A stretch of 39,903 bases of DNA, from positions 1 through 39,903 of the forward strand of contig QYQI01000100.1 of assembly GCA_007280825.1 (NCBI GenBank), read 5' to 3'. This DNA is from Ignavibacteriales bacterium (GTDB taxonomy: Bacteria > Bacteroidota > Ignavibacteria > Ignavibacteriales > Melioribacteraceae). Of this stretch, positions 27,985 through 36,873 are shown in pieces (the first letter of the stretch is position 1; each line of letters opens with the position of its first letter). Position numbers and translations under genes: made by a program. Under the pieces are notes generated by a model. That model was given only the letters and a program-made list of their open reading frames with translations. It did not search any database and was not told where the DNA came from.

Positions 27985-30900
27985 TTGTTTCCTTCTAAAG
28001 CGTAATGACAAGAAGAGCAATGATGTAAGTTTGGTTTGTAATCACTATTGTAAATCTTACGGATACTTTCATCCAACTCACTACTGTATCTATCCAAATC
28101 AGTACGATTAATGTCTTTTACAATTAGTTCATCGGCAAATTTTAAGAATACTAATCTAAGCTGAAAATTCTTGTACGATTTAAAAAGTTTTGATAGCACG
28201 TAGGCATAAAATGTAAGCTGTGGTATATAACTTTCCGCCCTGGTATTAAGTTGATCATAACTAATATTGTCAGTTTTGTAATCTATAATTATCAATTTAT
28301 CTTTTTCAATAATTAGTTTGTCAATAATACCGTAAAGGTAATGTTCTTTTTCTTCGCAATATACTTCGAACTCATTCTTATAGTTATCACATCTAGAAAT
28401 CGTTTGATATGTATTTGAGTCGTAATACTTTTCGATTTCTTTCAATAAAGAAATCTGAAAATCATTTCTTTGCAAATCATTTGAAAACGATTCCAATGAT
28501 AAATGAGCCATTAAATATTGAGGTAATTCTTCTCGAGAAACTTCCTCTTTTAAAACAGTGTGGATTAATTTTCCTTTCAATTGTGCATATTGTCGTAATT
28601 CATCATCTTCAATTTGATTGAATTCGAAATCATTAATCCGTTCTTTAACGAGATTATAAATAGTTGAGTATCCTAACTCATAAGTAAGCTGATACTTAAC
28701 CGGGCACTGTGTAAACATTGATATCTTAGTCGCTGATATAATCTCACGTTTAGGTCTATCATAAATTTTTTGAGTGAGAATAATTTTTTCTTCAAGAGTG
28801 GGCTTCTTTTTGATCTCTATTGTTTTAACTTCTTCAGTCTCTCTAATAATCGGGACATTCAATGAAACATTTTTATTATAAAATTTATATCCACCATTTA
28901 TCAATTTCATGAATTGAACTTCTGAAGATAAATTAAGTTCATTCGCAGAATAATCAGCATTGAGTCCTTTTAGTATTAGATCAAGAAAAGAGTTTTTATT
29001 CGGTTCTTCTTTTTTCAATTCTGCACTGATAAATAAGTAATTCTTAGCACGTGTTAATCCTACATATAAAAGCCGTTTTATCTCAGCAAAATTTTTCCGG
29101 TAAATAATGTAATTATAGAGCGAGACTATCGGAGCCATATCATATTTATTGAAATAATTTCCATCTGTAGGAACTTTTGCAATCACTCCAAAATTTTTGT
29201 CGCAGATCAATGATTTCGATTTTACAGAACTATCTTTTACGGTATCGTTGCAGTTGTAAAGGAATACAGCTTTAAATTCTAATCCTTTCGCTTGATGTAT
29301 CGTTAATATCTTTACTGAGTTTTCATCGCGTGTAACTTGTGCTTGCCCTTCGTCTTCATGGTCTCCGATTGACTCACGCATCGAAACGGTGAAATCGTAT
29401 AAATTCTTAAAACTCTTTTTGGTAAATGCCCGCGCTAATAACAATAATTTTTCTACGTTCGCTATTTCTTGAGATGAATTCTTTTTAGATGCAATCACAG
29501 CCCAGTAACCGCTTTCCAAGAGAATTTTTCTGATAAGAGAATAGATTTCTGTGCTGGATGCAATCATTAAATTTTCGTTTAATCTATTATAAACTTCTTT
29601 TAATTCAGAATTATTTTCCGAACTGTTCTTTAGTTTATCATAAAAGGTGTTTCCCTCTTCAAGAGATATTTTATAAAGCTGAAGATCGGAAATATTAAAA
29701 AATGGTGATCGCAATATTCCTATTAATGCAGAATCATTTTCATTCTTCAGCAGAAACGAGAGATAATTATAAATATCATAAATGATTTGGCGTTGATAGA
29801 ATCCTTTTCCGCCGACAATAGAATAAGGAATGTTTTTTTTTACAAATACTTTTTCCAACTCCGTAAATGAATCCCGCTTACGGCAAAGTATTGCAATATC
29901 TTTTAGCTCAACTTCATTATCATAAACTAACTTTGATATTTTTTCTGCGACCAGATCACATTCATTCGCTTCATCACCGGCTTCAGATAATAATATTTCA
30001 ACTTTACCAATTTCATTTTCATCCTTAGCGCAAACCAGTTCGTTATGCTCAACTTCATTAAAAAATTGATTCGGATTATTAAAGAGGTTCGAGAATATTT
30101 TATTTATGAATAGAACCAGAACAGGTGCCATTCTAAAACTGTGAGGTAAGCTTAGTAGCCTGCCTGCCTTCTCAGTTCCGTAAATTTCTTTTTTTGTTTT
30201 ATTGAATACTTCCAGTTCCGCATTACGGAACATATAAATACTTTGTTTCTCATCGCCAACAACAAATAGATTTCCACTGCGGAGATTATCCAATATGGGC
30301 ATGAATATTTCATATTGAAGTTCATTCGTATCTTGATATTCGTCTATCATTATATAACGAAATTTTTCTCGAAGAAATATTTGTACTTCTTCTCTTTGCA
30401 AAACTTGTTGTGTAAATATTAAAAGATCTTCAAAATCGAGATAACTTTTTTGTTTTTTCCTATCAGTATATAATTTGTTCGTGCTGTTAAAAATATTAAG
30501 GTATGCTTTGCCGATTCGAGCTAATTCTATTTCATGTTTTTTCTCATCATTGAAAGGGAAAAAAGGCAGCAGCTCTTGAAAAAGTGAACCAATTGTTTCT
30601 ACTTGATCCTGAAATTCTTCCCGACCATTAATTAAATAACCGGTTTTACGAACAGTGAGTTCTTTGGTTAGTGATGAACCAACAAATTGTTTAAGATATT
30701 TTATTTTGTTAACTGATGACAGATCTGTAGTAAAATGATTTAGTACATGTTCGGTTTCCAATGCATGTTTATTGGTTTTGTTCTGTTTAAGGACAAAATC
30801 ATTTATTGTTCTAAGAAGCTTTAGAGCTTCTGAAATCTTTACGGAAAAAATCTGATTGAAAACAGTTTCGAATTCTTGACGGAAAAAATTTGCGATTTCA

Positions 30901-31487
30901 GTTTCTGATCTTAAATATAATTTCCCGGATAACTGGTCAATCGTGTTCTTTTGATTTAGTGAATTCTCTAATTGTGCAATGAAGATTTTTTTAGAACCGA
31001 AGTAACGGATGATATATTTTAATTCTTCCGAAGTCTCCGAGTTTTTAATATTTGTGTTTATCGAATCTTCGACACATAACTGAAATATTTCATTAGCTGT
31101 TGATTGATCAATAACATTAAAGTTTGGATCAATTTCCGCTTCAGGGGAAAATTCCCTTAAAATGTTAATACAAAAAGAATGTATCGTTGATATATTGGCT
31201 GAGACTAATTGTCTCCTTATTTCCTCAAGTTTCTTACGCTTGCCTGAGTTTTCTTCCGAAAGAATTCTTTCATCTATCTCACGGGCAATTTTTTTATTAA
31301 GCTCGCCTGCAGCTTTATCTGTAAAAGTAATTGCAACTATACATGATAAATCTATTTCTTCATTCAGCAAGATCTCGACAAATCTTTTAGACAGCACAAA
31401 AGTTTTTCCGGAGCCGGCATTTGCAGTCAGCGAAATGTGATTTCTATAATCGAATGCATCTTTCTGTTGTGGAGTTAGATCGAACAT
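27963..31487 (-). CDS. UvrD/AddA-type SF1 helicase fused to a PD-(D/E)xK nuclease with a Cas4/AddB-like Cys4 signature
   Basis: The helicase motifs are I ANAGSGKTFVL, Ia ITFTDKAAGEL, II IMIDEYQDTN, III VGDEKQSIYMFRNA, V LTIHQAKGLEF and VI LYVGLTRAKNYL. The C-terminal nuclease shows GIIDKL, IIIDYKTD and QLTFYAYVL. There are four Cys: FTQCPVKY and then HHCSSCHYALEGNKC. Confidence 0.88.
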   Translation of the reverse strand: MFDLTPQQKDAFDYRNHISLTANAGSGKTFVLSKRFVEILLNEEIDLSCIVAITFTDKAAGELNKKIAREIDERILSEENSGKRKKLEEIRRQLVSANISTIHSFCINILREFSPEAEIDPNFNVIDQSTANEIFQLCVEDSINTNIKNSETSEELKYIIRYFGSKKIFIAQLENSLNQKNTIDQLSGKLYLRSETEIANFFRQEFETVFNQIFSVKISEALKLLRTINDFVLKQNKTNKHALETEHVLNHFTTDLSSVNKIKYLKQFVGSSLTKELTVRKTGYLINGREEFQDQVETIGSLFQELLPFFPFNDEKKHEIELARIGKAYLNIFNSTNKLYTDRKKQKSYLDFEDLLIFTQQVLQREEVQIFLREKFRYIMIDEYQDTNELQYEIFMPILDNLRSGNLFVVGDEKQSIYMFRNAELEVFNKTKKEIYGTEKAGRLLSLPHSFRMAPVLVLFINKIFSNLFNNPNQFFNEVEHNELVCAKDENEIGKVEILLSEAGDEANECDLVAEKISKLVYDNEVELKDIAILCRKRDSFTELEKVFVKKNIPYSIVGGKGFYQRQIIYDIYNYLSFLLKNENDSALIGILRSPFFNISDLQLYKISLEEGNTFYDKLKNSSENNSELKEVYNRLNENLMIASSTEIYSLIRKILLESGYWAVIASKKNSSQEIANVEKLLLLARAFTKKSFKNLYDFTVSMRESIGDHEDEGQAQVTRDENSVKILTIHQAKGLEFKAVFLYNCNDTVKDSSVKSKSLICDKNFGVIAKVPTDGNYFNKYDMAPIVSLYNYIIYRKNFAEIKRLLYVGLTRAKNYLFISAELKKEEPNKNSFLDLILKGLNADYSANELNLSSEVQFMKLINGGYKFYNKNVSLNVPIIRETEEVKTIEIKKKPTLEEKIILTQKIYDRPKREIISATKISMFTQCPVKYQLTYELGYSTIYNLVKERINDFEFNQIEDDELRQYAQLKGKLIHTVLKEEVSREELPQYLMAHLSLESFSNDLQRNDFQISLLKEIEKYYDSNTYQTISRCDNYKNEFEVYCEEKEHYLYGIIDKLIIEKDKLIIIDYKTDNISYDQLNTRAESYIPQLTFYAYVLSKLFKSYKNFQLRLVFLKFADELIVKDINRTDLDRYSSELDESIRKIYNSDYKPNLHHCSSCHYALEGNKCIKIFS

Positions 31488-34400
31488 TATTCAGCTAAAG
31501 GAATTGTTATTAAAAATGTAGTGCCTTCATCTGGTGTTGATTCTACAGAAATACTTCCTCCGATATTATCAATGAATCTCTTTGCCAGGTTTAATCCTAT
31601 TCCCATACCTTTTGTTTTCGTAGTAAAATTTTCATTAAACACCTTATCAATATTTTCTCTTGGAATTCCTTCTCCATTATCTTTTATTCTCAAATGACAG
31701 TATCCGCCCTCCGCATTAATTGCAACAGTAATAATAGTTGAATCCGCCTGGATGGAATTTCTTATAAGATTTACAATTGTTCTTTTTAGATGATCTTGGT
31801 CAGCATTAATAAATATTTCAGATTTCTTTGCATCAAATATTATTTTTCTTTTTTCTTCATTAAATAAATTTAAGGTTTCTTTTATAACAGAAACTGCATC
31901 TAATTTTGAGATGCTCAATTTTGGCATTTGTGCAAAGTTTGAAAATTCCGAAGCAATATTTTTAAGTATCTCTATTTGTGTTATAATTGATGAAGTAACT
32001 TTTTCAAAAATAGAATTGAACTTTGGTGATTTATCTTTATGTGCCGTAATCAATTGCTGAACATTAAGTCTCATCGGTGTAAGAGGATTTTTAATTTCAT
32101 GAGCAACTTGTTTGGCCATCTCTTTCCAAGCTGTTTCTCTTTCAAATTGCGCAAGTTCAATTTGACTCTGCTTAAGTCTTTTAACCATCGCATTGAACCC
32201 ATCTATCAAATCCTTAATCTCACCGCGTGTTCCATAATTAATTTCAACATTCAAATCCCCTTCACCGACTGATTTTGTCCCCCCGGTTAACCGTCTTATA
32301 GGAGAAGATATTTGTTCAGCAAGTATTGTACTAAAAATGGACAGAAGGATTCCAGCCAATGAAAATATTCCGAACAAGATAATATCAAGTTCAATATCAG
32401 ATAAAGGAAGATCAACCTTATTAAACAGATCGGAGACTTTAATTATAAATTCGTCTCCGTTAATGGAAGAACGATGATAGATAGAATGGATAGTTTGATT
32501 TTCGAATTTTTCTTTCACATAATAATTTTGATTTACACTTAATACGGTTTCATTATAAACCGGTGCAGGAAGTGTCTGCGGAAGTAACCCAATTTCGTAA
32601 AATATTTTATTAGAACTGTAGATCATATTAATATTCATGAAAAGAGAAAAGGAAATATTAATATCATTAGCAGCTTTTTCATATATAAGCTGTGAGTTGA
32701 TGTTTGATTCTGTAGAGTAAAGTGATAAATATGACTCAACTTGTTGAGCAAGTTCAGTTAATCTTTTCGTGAGAAGTTCTGAATTTTTTTCTTCTGTCAA
32801 GTTTCTAAAGTAGACGGCAACCAATATTAAAGGAACCAAAGAGACTACCATAAATGCGCCTATCAGCCGTGTTCGATATGCTGATAGAACAATTATAGTT
32901 TGTTTCATTTTTACGATAAAGACTATAGATAATATGAATAAAATTATTATTGTGTGAATAAAAAATATTTTAAAGAAATCAGTTAGACTCCAAGAAAAGT
33001 TTTTTTCTTCAACGGCAACTGCAATTATTTTATGAATTGAAGGTGTGTTAATTTTTAGGAGATAGAAAAGATAGTTCTCATTATTCAGCTCAAGATTCAT
33101 CCACGCTTCGTTAAACGAAGTAAACTGTGAGTTAAGAATAGAGTACTGGCTGGAATCCGATAATGTTATGCCTCCGTAAGATCTTACAAGTTCGCCGTTA
33201 TGGAAATCAAATATTTTCAATTTATCATAGTCAATAGCTGAGGCAATACCTGCTCTCAGGGGAATTAAAAATTTTGGTAATTCAGCATAATGAAAATAAT
33301 CTTCATTATATATTGCTGAAACTAGAACATACCCAATGATTTTTCCTTCTGATAGAATAGGAGAAGTTCCAATAAATGTTACTCTATCACCGAACATATT
33401 TAATTGCTTACTTATTTTTAAGCTATCACCAGATTGCTCTATAATTTGCTGCAGCTTGTCGGTTAATAATTCATTAGATGATGAAAATCCACCGAGATAT
33501 TTTTTTTGATCATCATAGAAATATATAGAAGAGCTAAGCCCTTCCTTATAAAGCATACTGTTTGTCCAAACAATAAATGCATCCGCCGAAAGATCTGCAT
33601 CATTGAAAAATGAATTAGCAACTTTGTCGCTTGTTTGAATTCCACTTAGAGTTTGATAAACCATAAACTCAATCAAGTTCTCATCTGTCCGGGTGATATC
33701 ATGAGCTGTAGTTTTTAATGATTCTCTTTCAATTTCGGAATTGTAGAATGTTAATAAGCTCACTGATAGAACTGAAGCAGCAAATGAATAATAGACATAA
33801 TGCAGTATTGATTTCTTCCCAGCATTAAGAATGATTAGTGCAAGCAGGAAAGTTATAGTGATAAAAATAATTCTAATTAACGGAGTTCCTTGAGGTTCGT
33901 TTTGAAGCAGATCAAATAACCAGCCCGAGATTTGGAAAATGAAAAAGTATATTAAATAAAATGTGAATTTATTTTTAGGAAATAACTTTGGCTTATAATT
34001 TAGAATTAAAAGAATTAGTATTATTGAAAATAATATTGCCGCTGATGCAAGTAATAAAATATTCAAACACATTAGAAAAACAGATGATTCGGGAATTAAT
34101 GAAAAGTCTTTGAAGTATCTGATGTTCGAATCAAAAATCACACTTCTAATAGATGCAGCAAGTCCGCGGTAAACTAATAAATAAAGAAAGAGTGAAAAGA
34201 TTAATGTAATAACGTGAACAATTCGTTTTTTCCCTTTTAATTGATTTTCATAAAAATATTCTAGAAAATAATTATATCCTTTGATCACTACTGTAAGTAA
34301 AAAAAGAACTGTAATAGTAAACTCAAGTGGAGAGCGTACAATCCCATATCCGAACACAGAAGAAAAATTTGAAGAATCTGTCAGCGAATTATGAATCATT

Positions 34401-35311
34401 GAAGAAGGAATTTCAAAATAGAACAATGCAATCCGCAGCACTGCTAGATAAATAGTTAATAATAATATTTTAAGAGACTTGCTTTTAACTTTATTAAAAG
34501 AATTTTTACTGAAAAATCCTAAAGTTATTAAAGCAAAAATTAAAGTTAATGATTGCATAAGCCATATCTGATTCTTTATCAAATTAATAGAAGTTTCTAA
34601 CGATGGTTTATCAAATGTTGCAATCCCTATTTTATTTTTGAAATTATTTAATAGTGCATAGGAATATTTTCTACCATCTTTAGAACTTTTAGCAAGAGGC
34701 GAATAGTCAACATTTATTCTCACAGAAAGTTTTTTGGATAAAGAATCCGGAAAGTTCTCGAATGCATTATATTTATTAGAGAGTGAAAAATGTTTCTCGA
34801 TTGGAGTACTTATTACAATAGTGTAGTCGTGGTTACTAATTTTTAATGAATCACTAAACGATAAGTATGAAATAAGTTTTTTCCCGCTAAAAAAAGTTTG
34901 TCCGTAATAATACTTTACATTTGATATGCTTTCTTCATCCATTACCGGTTGAGCATTCCATCCGATTAATATATTTGGACCATTGTATAATTGGATCAAT
35001 ATTTTTTCGTTATCATAAATAGAAAACAGTTGAATGATCTTTTTGTTATCAACGTTTTTGTAAGATAATATTTTCGAAAGAGTTGGTTTAATTGAATCGA
35101 ACGATCTAATAAGCAAATCTGATTTTCTGTCTAATGCTTTATCAATATCCGTTTGAGTAGCTTCAATTTTATCGGTTAATATAGTTTCCCAATTATTTTT
35201 TTCTTTATTGATAAAGATTGGAGACAAGATTGCTAAAATGATAAATATTAAGAAGGGAATTGAAAATAGAGTTGTAAATATTAGTTTCCGATTCAAGAAT
35301 TTGTTTATCAT
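31487..35311 (-). CDS. Giant polytopic sensor histidine kinase (NtrY-like HAMP-HisKA-HATPase core)
   Basis: 1274 aa. By eye there are about 12 hydrophobic segments separating three soluble regions. The core has a HAMP-like segment (SSPIRRLTGGTKSVGEGDLNVEI...), the H-box HEIKNPLTP, an N-box LIRNSIQA, and the G-boxes DNGEGI and GMGIGLNLAKR. Confidence 0.88.
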   Translation of the reverse strand: MINKFLNRKLIFTTLFSIPFLIFIILAILSPIFINKEKNNWETILTDKIEATQTDIDKALDRKSDLLIRSFDSIKPTLSKILSYKNVDNKKIIQLFSIYDNEKILIQLYNGPNILIGWNAQPVMDEESISNVKYYYGQTFFSGKKLISYLSFSDSLKISNHDYTIVISTPIEKHFSLSNKYNAFENFPDSLSKKLSVRINVDYSPLAKSSKDGRKYSYALLNNFKNKIGIATFDKPSLETSINLIKNQIWLMQSLTLIFALITLGFFSKNSFNKVKSKSLKILLLTIYLAVLRIALFYFEIPSSMIHNSLTDSSNFSSVFGYGIVRSPLEFTITVLFLLTVVIKGYNYFLEYFYENQLKGKKRIVHVITLIFSLFLYLLVYRGLAASIRSVIFDSNIRYFKDFSLIPESSVFLMCLNILLLASAAILFSIILILLILNYKPKLFPKNKFTFYLIYFFIFQISGWLFDLLQNEPQGTPLIRIIFITITFLLALIILNAGKKSILHYVYYSFAASVLSVSLLTFYNSEIERESLKTTAHDITRTDENLIEFMVYQTLSGIQTSDKVANSFFNDADLSADAFIVWTNSMLYKEGLSSSIYFYDDQKKYLGGFSSSNELLTDKLQQIIEQSGDSLKISKQLNMFGDRVTFIGTSPILSEGKIIGYVLVSAIYNEDYFHYAELPKFLIPLRAGIASAIDYDKLKIFDFHNGELVRSYGGITLSDSSQYSILNSQFTSFNEAWMNLELNNENYLFYLLKINTPSIHKIIAVAVEEKNFSWSLTDFFKIFFIHTIIILFILSIVFIVKMKQTIIVLSAYRTRLIGAFMVVSLVPLILVAVYFRNLTEEKNSELLTKRLTELAQQVESYLSLYSTESNINSQLIYEKAANDINISFSLFMNINMIYSSNKIFYEIGLLPQTLPAPVYNETVLSVNQNYYVKEKFENQTIHSIYHRSSINGDEFIIKVSDLFNKVDLPLSDIELDIILFGIFSLAGILLSIFSTILAEQISSPIRRLTGGTKSVGEGDLNVEINYGTRGEIKDLIDGFNAMVKRLKQSQIELAQFERETAWKEMAKQVAHEIKNPLTPMRLNVQQLITAHKDKSPKFNSIFEKVTSSIITQIEILKNIASEFSNFAQMPKLSISKLDAVSVIKETLNLFNEEKRKIIFDAKKSEIFINADQDHLKRTIVNLIRNSIQADSTIITVAINAEGGYCHLRIKDNGEGIPRENIDKVFNENFTTKTKGMGIGLNLAKRFIDNIGGSISVESTPDEGTTFLITIPLAE

Positions 35312-35312
35312 T

Positions 35313-35756
35313 CTAGTTAATTGTTATCTGAGAAATTTTCCACTCGCCATCAATGAAATGCAGTGAGATAAAAACAATTGAGCTACCTCTAACTCCCTTT
35401 GTGCTATATTTTAAGATTCCGGATGCAAACGGAGTCGCAGTTTCAGTAACAATATTAGTTAACTTGAAGAATGTAGGTTGGTATATGCTTAGAAAATCTT
35501 TTATTACATAGTAAGATTGATTTGTGCTGTAATAACCGGATACCCCATTTGAAAGACTTAGATAATTCTTATTCCCAAAATATTTTGAAAATTTGTCAAC
35601 AGTTGCACCTGCCATACCATCTTCGATACGTAAGAAAACTTTTAAAGCACCTTTTCCGGTTGATCCTTGTGCTTTAATTACCACCGAATTAAAATTAAGA
35701 ATTAGAAGCAAGCTACTTATTAAAAGTATGACTGTTTTTTTATTATTTGATTTCAT
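35313..35756 (-). CDS. Exported small protein, DUF4783-like (NTF2-like fold suspected)
   Basis: ORF 35313..35846 trimmed to Met 35756, because the longer reading crosses a strong terminator. It has the signal peptide MKSNNKKTVILLISSLLLILNFNSVVIKAQG. The body (...STNQSYYVIKDFLSIYQPTFFKL...GILKYSTKG...ISLHFIDGEWKISQITIN) matches my recollection of the DUF4783 pattern. This has not been verified. Confidence 0.55.
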   Translation of the reverse strand: MKSNNKKTVILLISSLLLILNFNSVVIKAQGSTGKGALKVFLRIEDGMAGATVDKFSKYFGNKNYLSLSNGVSGYYSTNQSYYVIKDFLSIYQPTFFKLTNIVTETATPFASGILKYSTKGVRGSSIVFISLHFIDGEWKISQITIN

Positions 35757-35795
35757 TTTCTTCTCTAATCTTACACCAAAATAATTAAAAGAAAT

Positions 35796-35825
35796 AAAAA
35801 AGCATACCATTAAGGTATGCTTTTT
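35796..35825 (-). terminator. Rho-independent terminator downstream of the FN3 lipoprotein gene
   Basis: The minus strand reads GAAAAAGCATACC-TTAAT-GGTATGCTTTTTTATTT. That is a 7-bp GC-containing stem extended by A/T pairs, followed by a T-run. Confidence 0.78.
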
Positions 35826-35851
35826 CAACAAGAGGAAGGAATGCATCGGGG

Positions 35852-36685
35852 TTAATATTTTCTTTCAACTTTGTCCGGTACTGAATTTCTTTTTGACGAG
35901 AGATTTCCTCTCTTTAATTCTCTATTACCTTCAACTAACTGATATGCCCAGTCAAATACCATTCTTTCGTTAGTAATGTTTTTAATTCTTACTTTGGCAA
36001 AGTGATTATCCCATGTCCATATTACATAAGTATGGCCAACTATTGCTTGAGTATATTTTACATTTTCACCTTGTTTAACAGGAATCCATCCACCAATAGG
36101 CGCATAACTGATATCCCATATATCTTGTGTCAGTCCCATATCTTGAAGATCAGAGTCAACCGCCCAGACATTTAGGTAAAAAGTGCCGTTATAATTTTCG
36201 AAGAATATATCAGCGTTAGTATCATTGTAAGATAATATGAGATATTTACTAAAATCATAGCCGGCATTATTAGGAGATTTGTTATAATCGAAAATTGCCT
36301 GATTAAATCCTTCGGGACGCGGTGTATCATAAACAATATCTTCACTTAAATCGCTTTCGTTGCTGTCATAATCGTATGCACTTACCGCGTAATAATAAGT
36401 TGTTCCATTCTTGGCTCCATCATCAATATAATGAGTACTCTGAGTACTGCCTACTAAAGTGTATTTTCCATTATAGGAATAACTGTAATAAACATTGTAA
36501 CCTGCAACATCACTTTCCGGATTTTTATCCCAATAAAGATCAACTCTATTATCCCCGGTTACCGTACTTATATTTCTTGGTTTTGAAGGTGGTGTGTTAT
36601 CGTAATTATGTATATGATCACAACCGGTTATCAATAACATGGTGAGTAAAAATGTTCCGCTGAAAAATAATTTTAAGGTTTTCAT
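35852..36685 (-). CDS. Lipoprotein with a fibronectin type III domain plus an uncharacterised C-terminal domain
   Basis: I prefer Met 36685, which has GGAGG 6 nt upstream. This gives MKTLKLFFSGTFLLTMLLITGC|D (lipobox). The FN3-like segment is PPSKPRNISTVTGDNRVDLYWDKNPESDVAGYNVYYS...YTLVGSTQSTHYIDDGAKNGTTYYYAVSAYDYDSNESDLS. Confidence 0.65.
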   Translation of the reverse strand: MKTLKLFFSGTFLLTMLLITGCDHIHNYDNTPPSKPRNISTVTGDNRVDLYWDKNPESDVAGYNVYYSYSYNGKYTLVGSTQSTHYIDDGAKNGTTYYYAVSAYDYDSNESDLSEDIVYDTPRPEGFNQAIFDYNKSPNNAGYDFSKYLILSYNDTNADIFFENYNGTFYLNVWAVDSDLQDMGLTQDIWDISYAPIGGWIPVKQGENVKYTQAIVGHTYVIWTWDNHFAKVRIKNITNERMVFDWAYQLVEGNRELKRGNLSSKRNSVPDKVERKY

Positions 36686-36873
36686 AGCATCCTCCGTAAA
36701 TTTCTGATTATAATAGTGCAATCATAATGCCAATTATCTTTCTAACCATTCAGACGTAGAACTTGTTTTTTAAGTCCTATTTTGAGGTTAAATACTTTAC
36801 TGAAGTTTAAGGGAGGGATAGAACAATCAGAGTTGTCTTATTGATTGAACAGCACTGAACATTTTATTGAATT

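Noticed and set aside
27985-28020. Upstream Met (MLFLSLRFRRKQ) for the amidase ORF
   Set aside because: The Met at 27984 has an AAGGA SD and starts a textbook lipoprotein signal peptide. The longer form only deepens the overlap with the helicase gene.
35757-35846. N-terminal extension MHSFLLLKKHTLMVCFFISFNYFGVRLEKK of ORF 35313..35846
   Set aside because: The extension is translated straight through a near-perfect rho-independent terminator (35796-35825). The internal Met at 35756 yields a clean signal peptide.
36846-36861. Direct repeat TGAACA-N4-TGAACA just downstream of the pyrC stop
   Set aside because: Two hexamers in AT-rich DNA are within chance expectation. There is no adjacent promoter or known regulator motif to attach them to.
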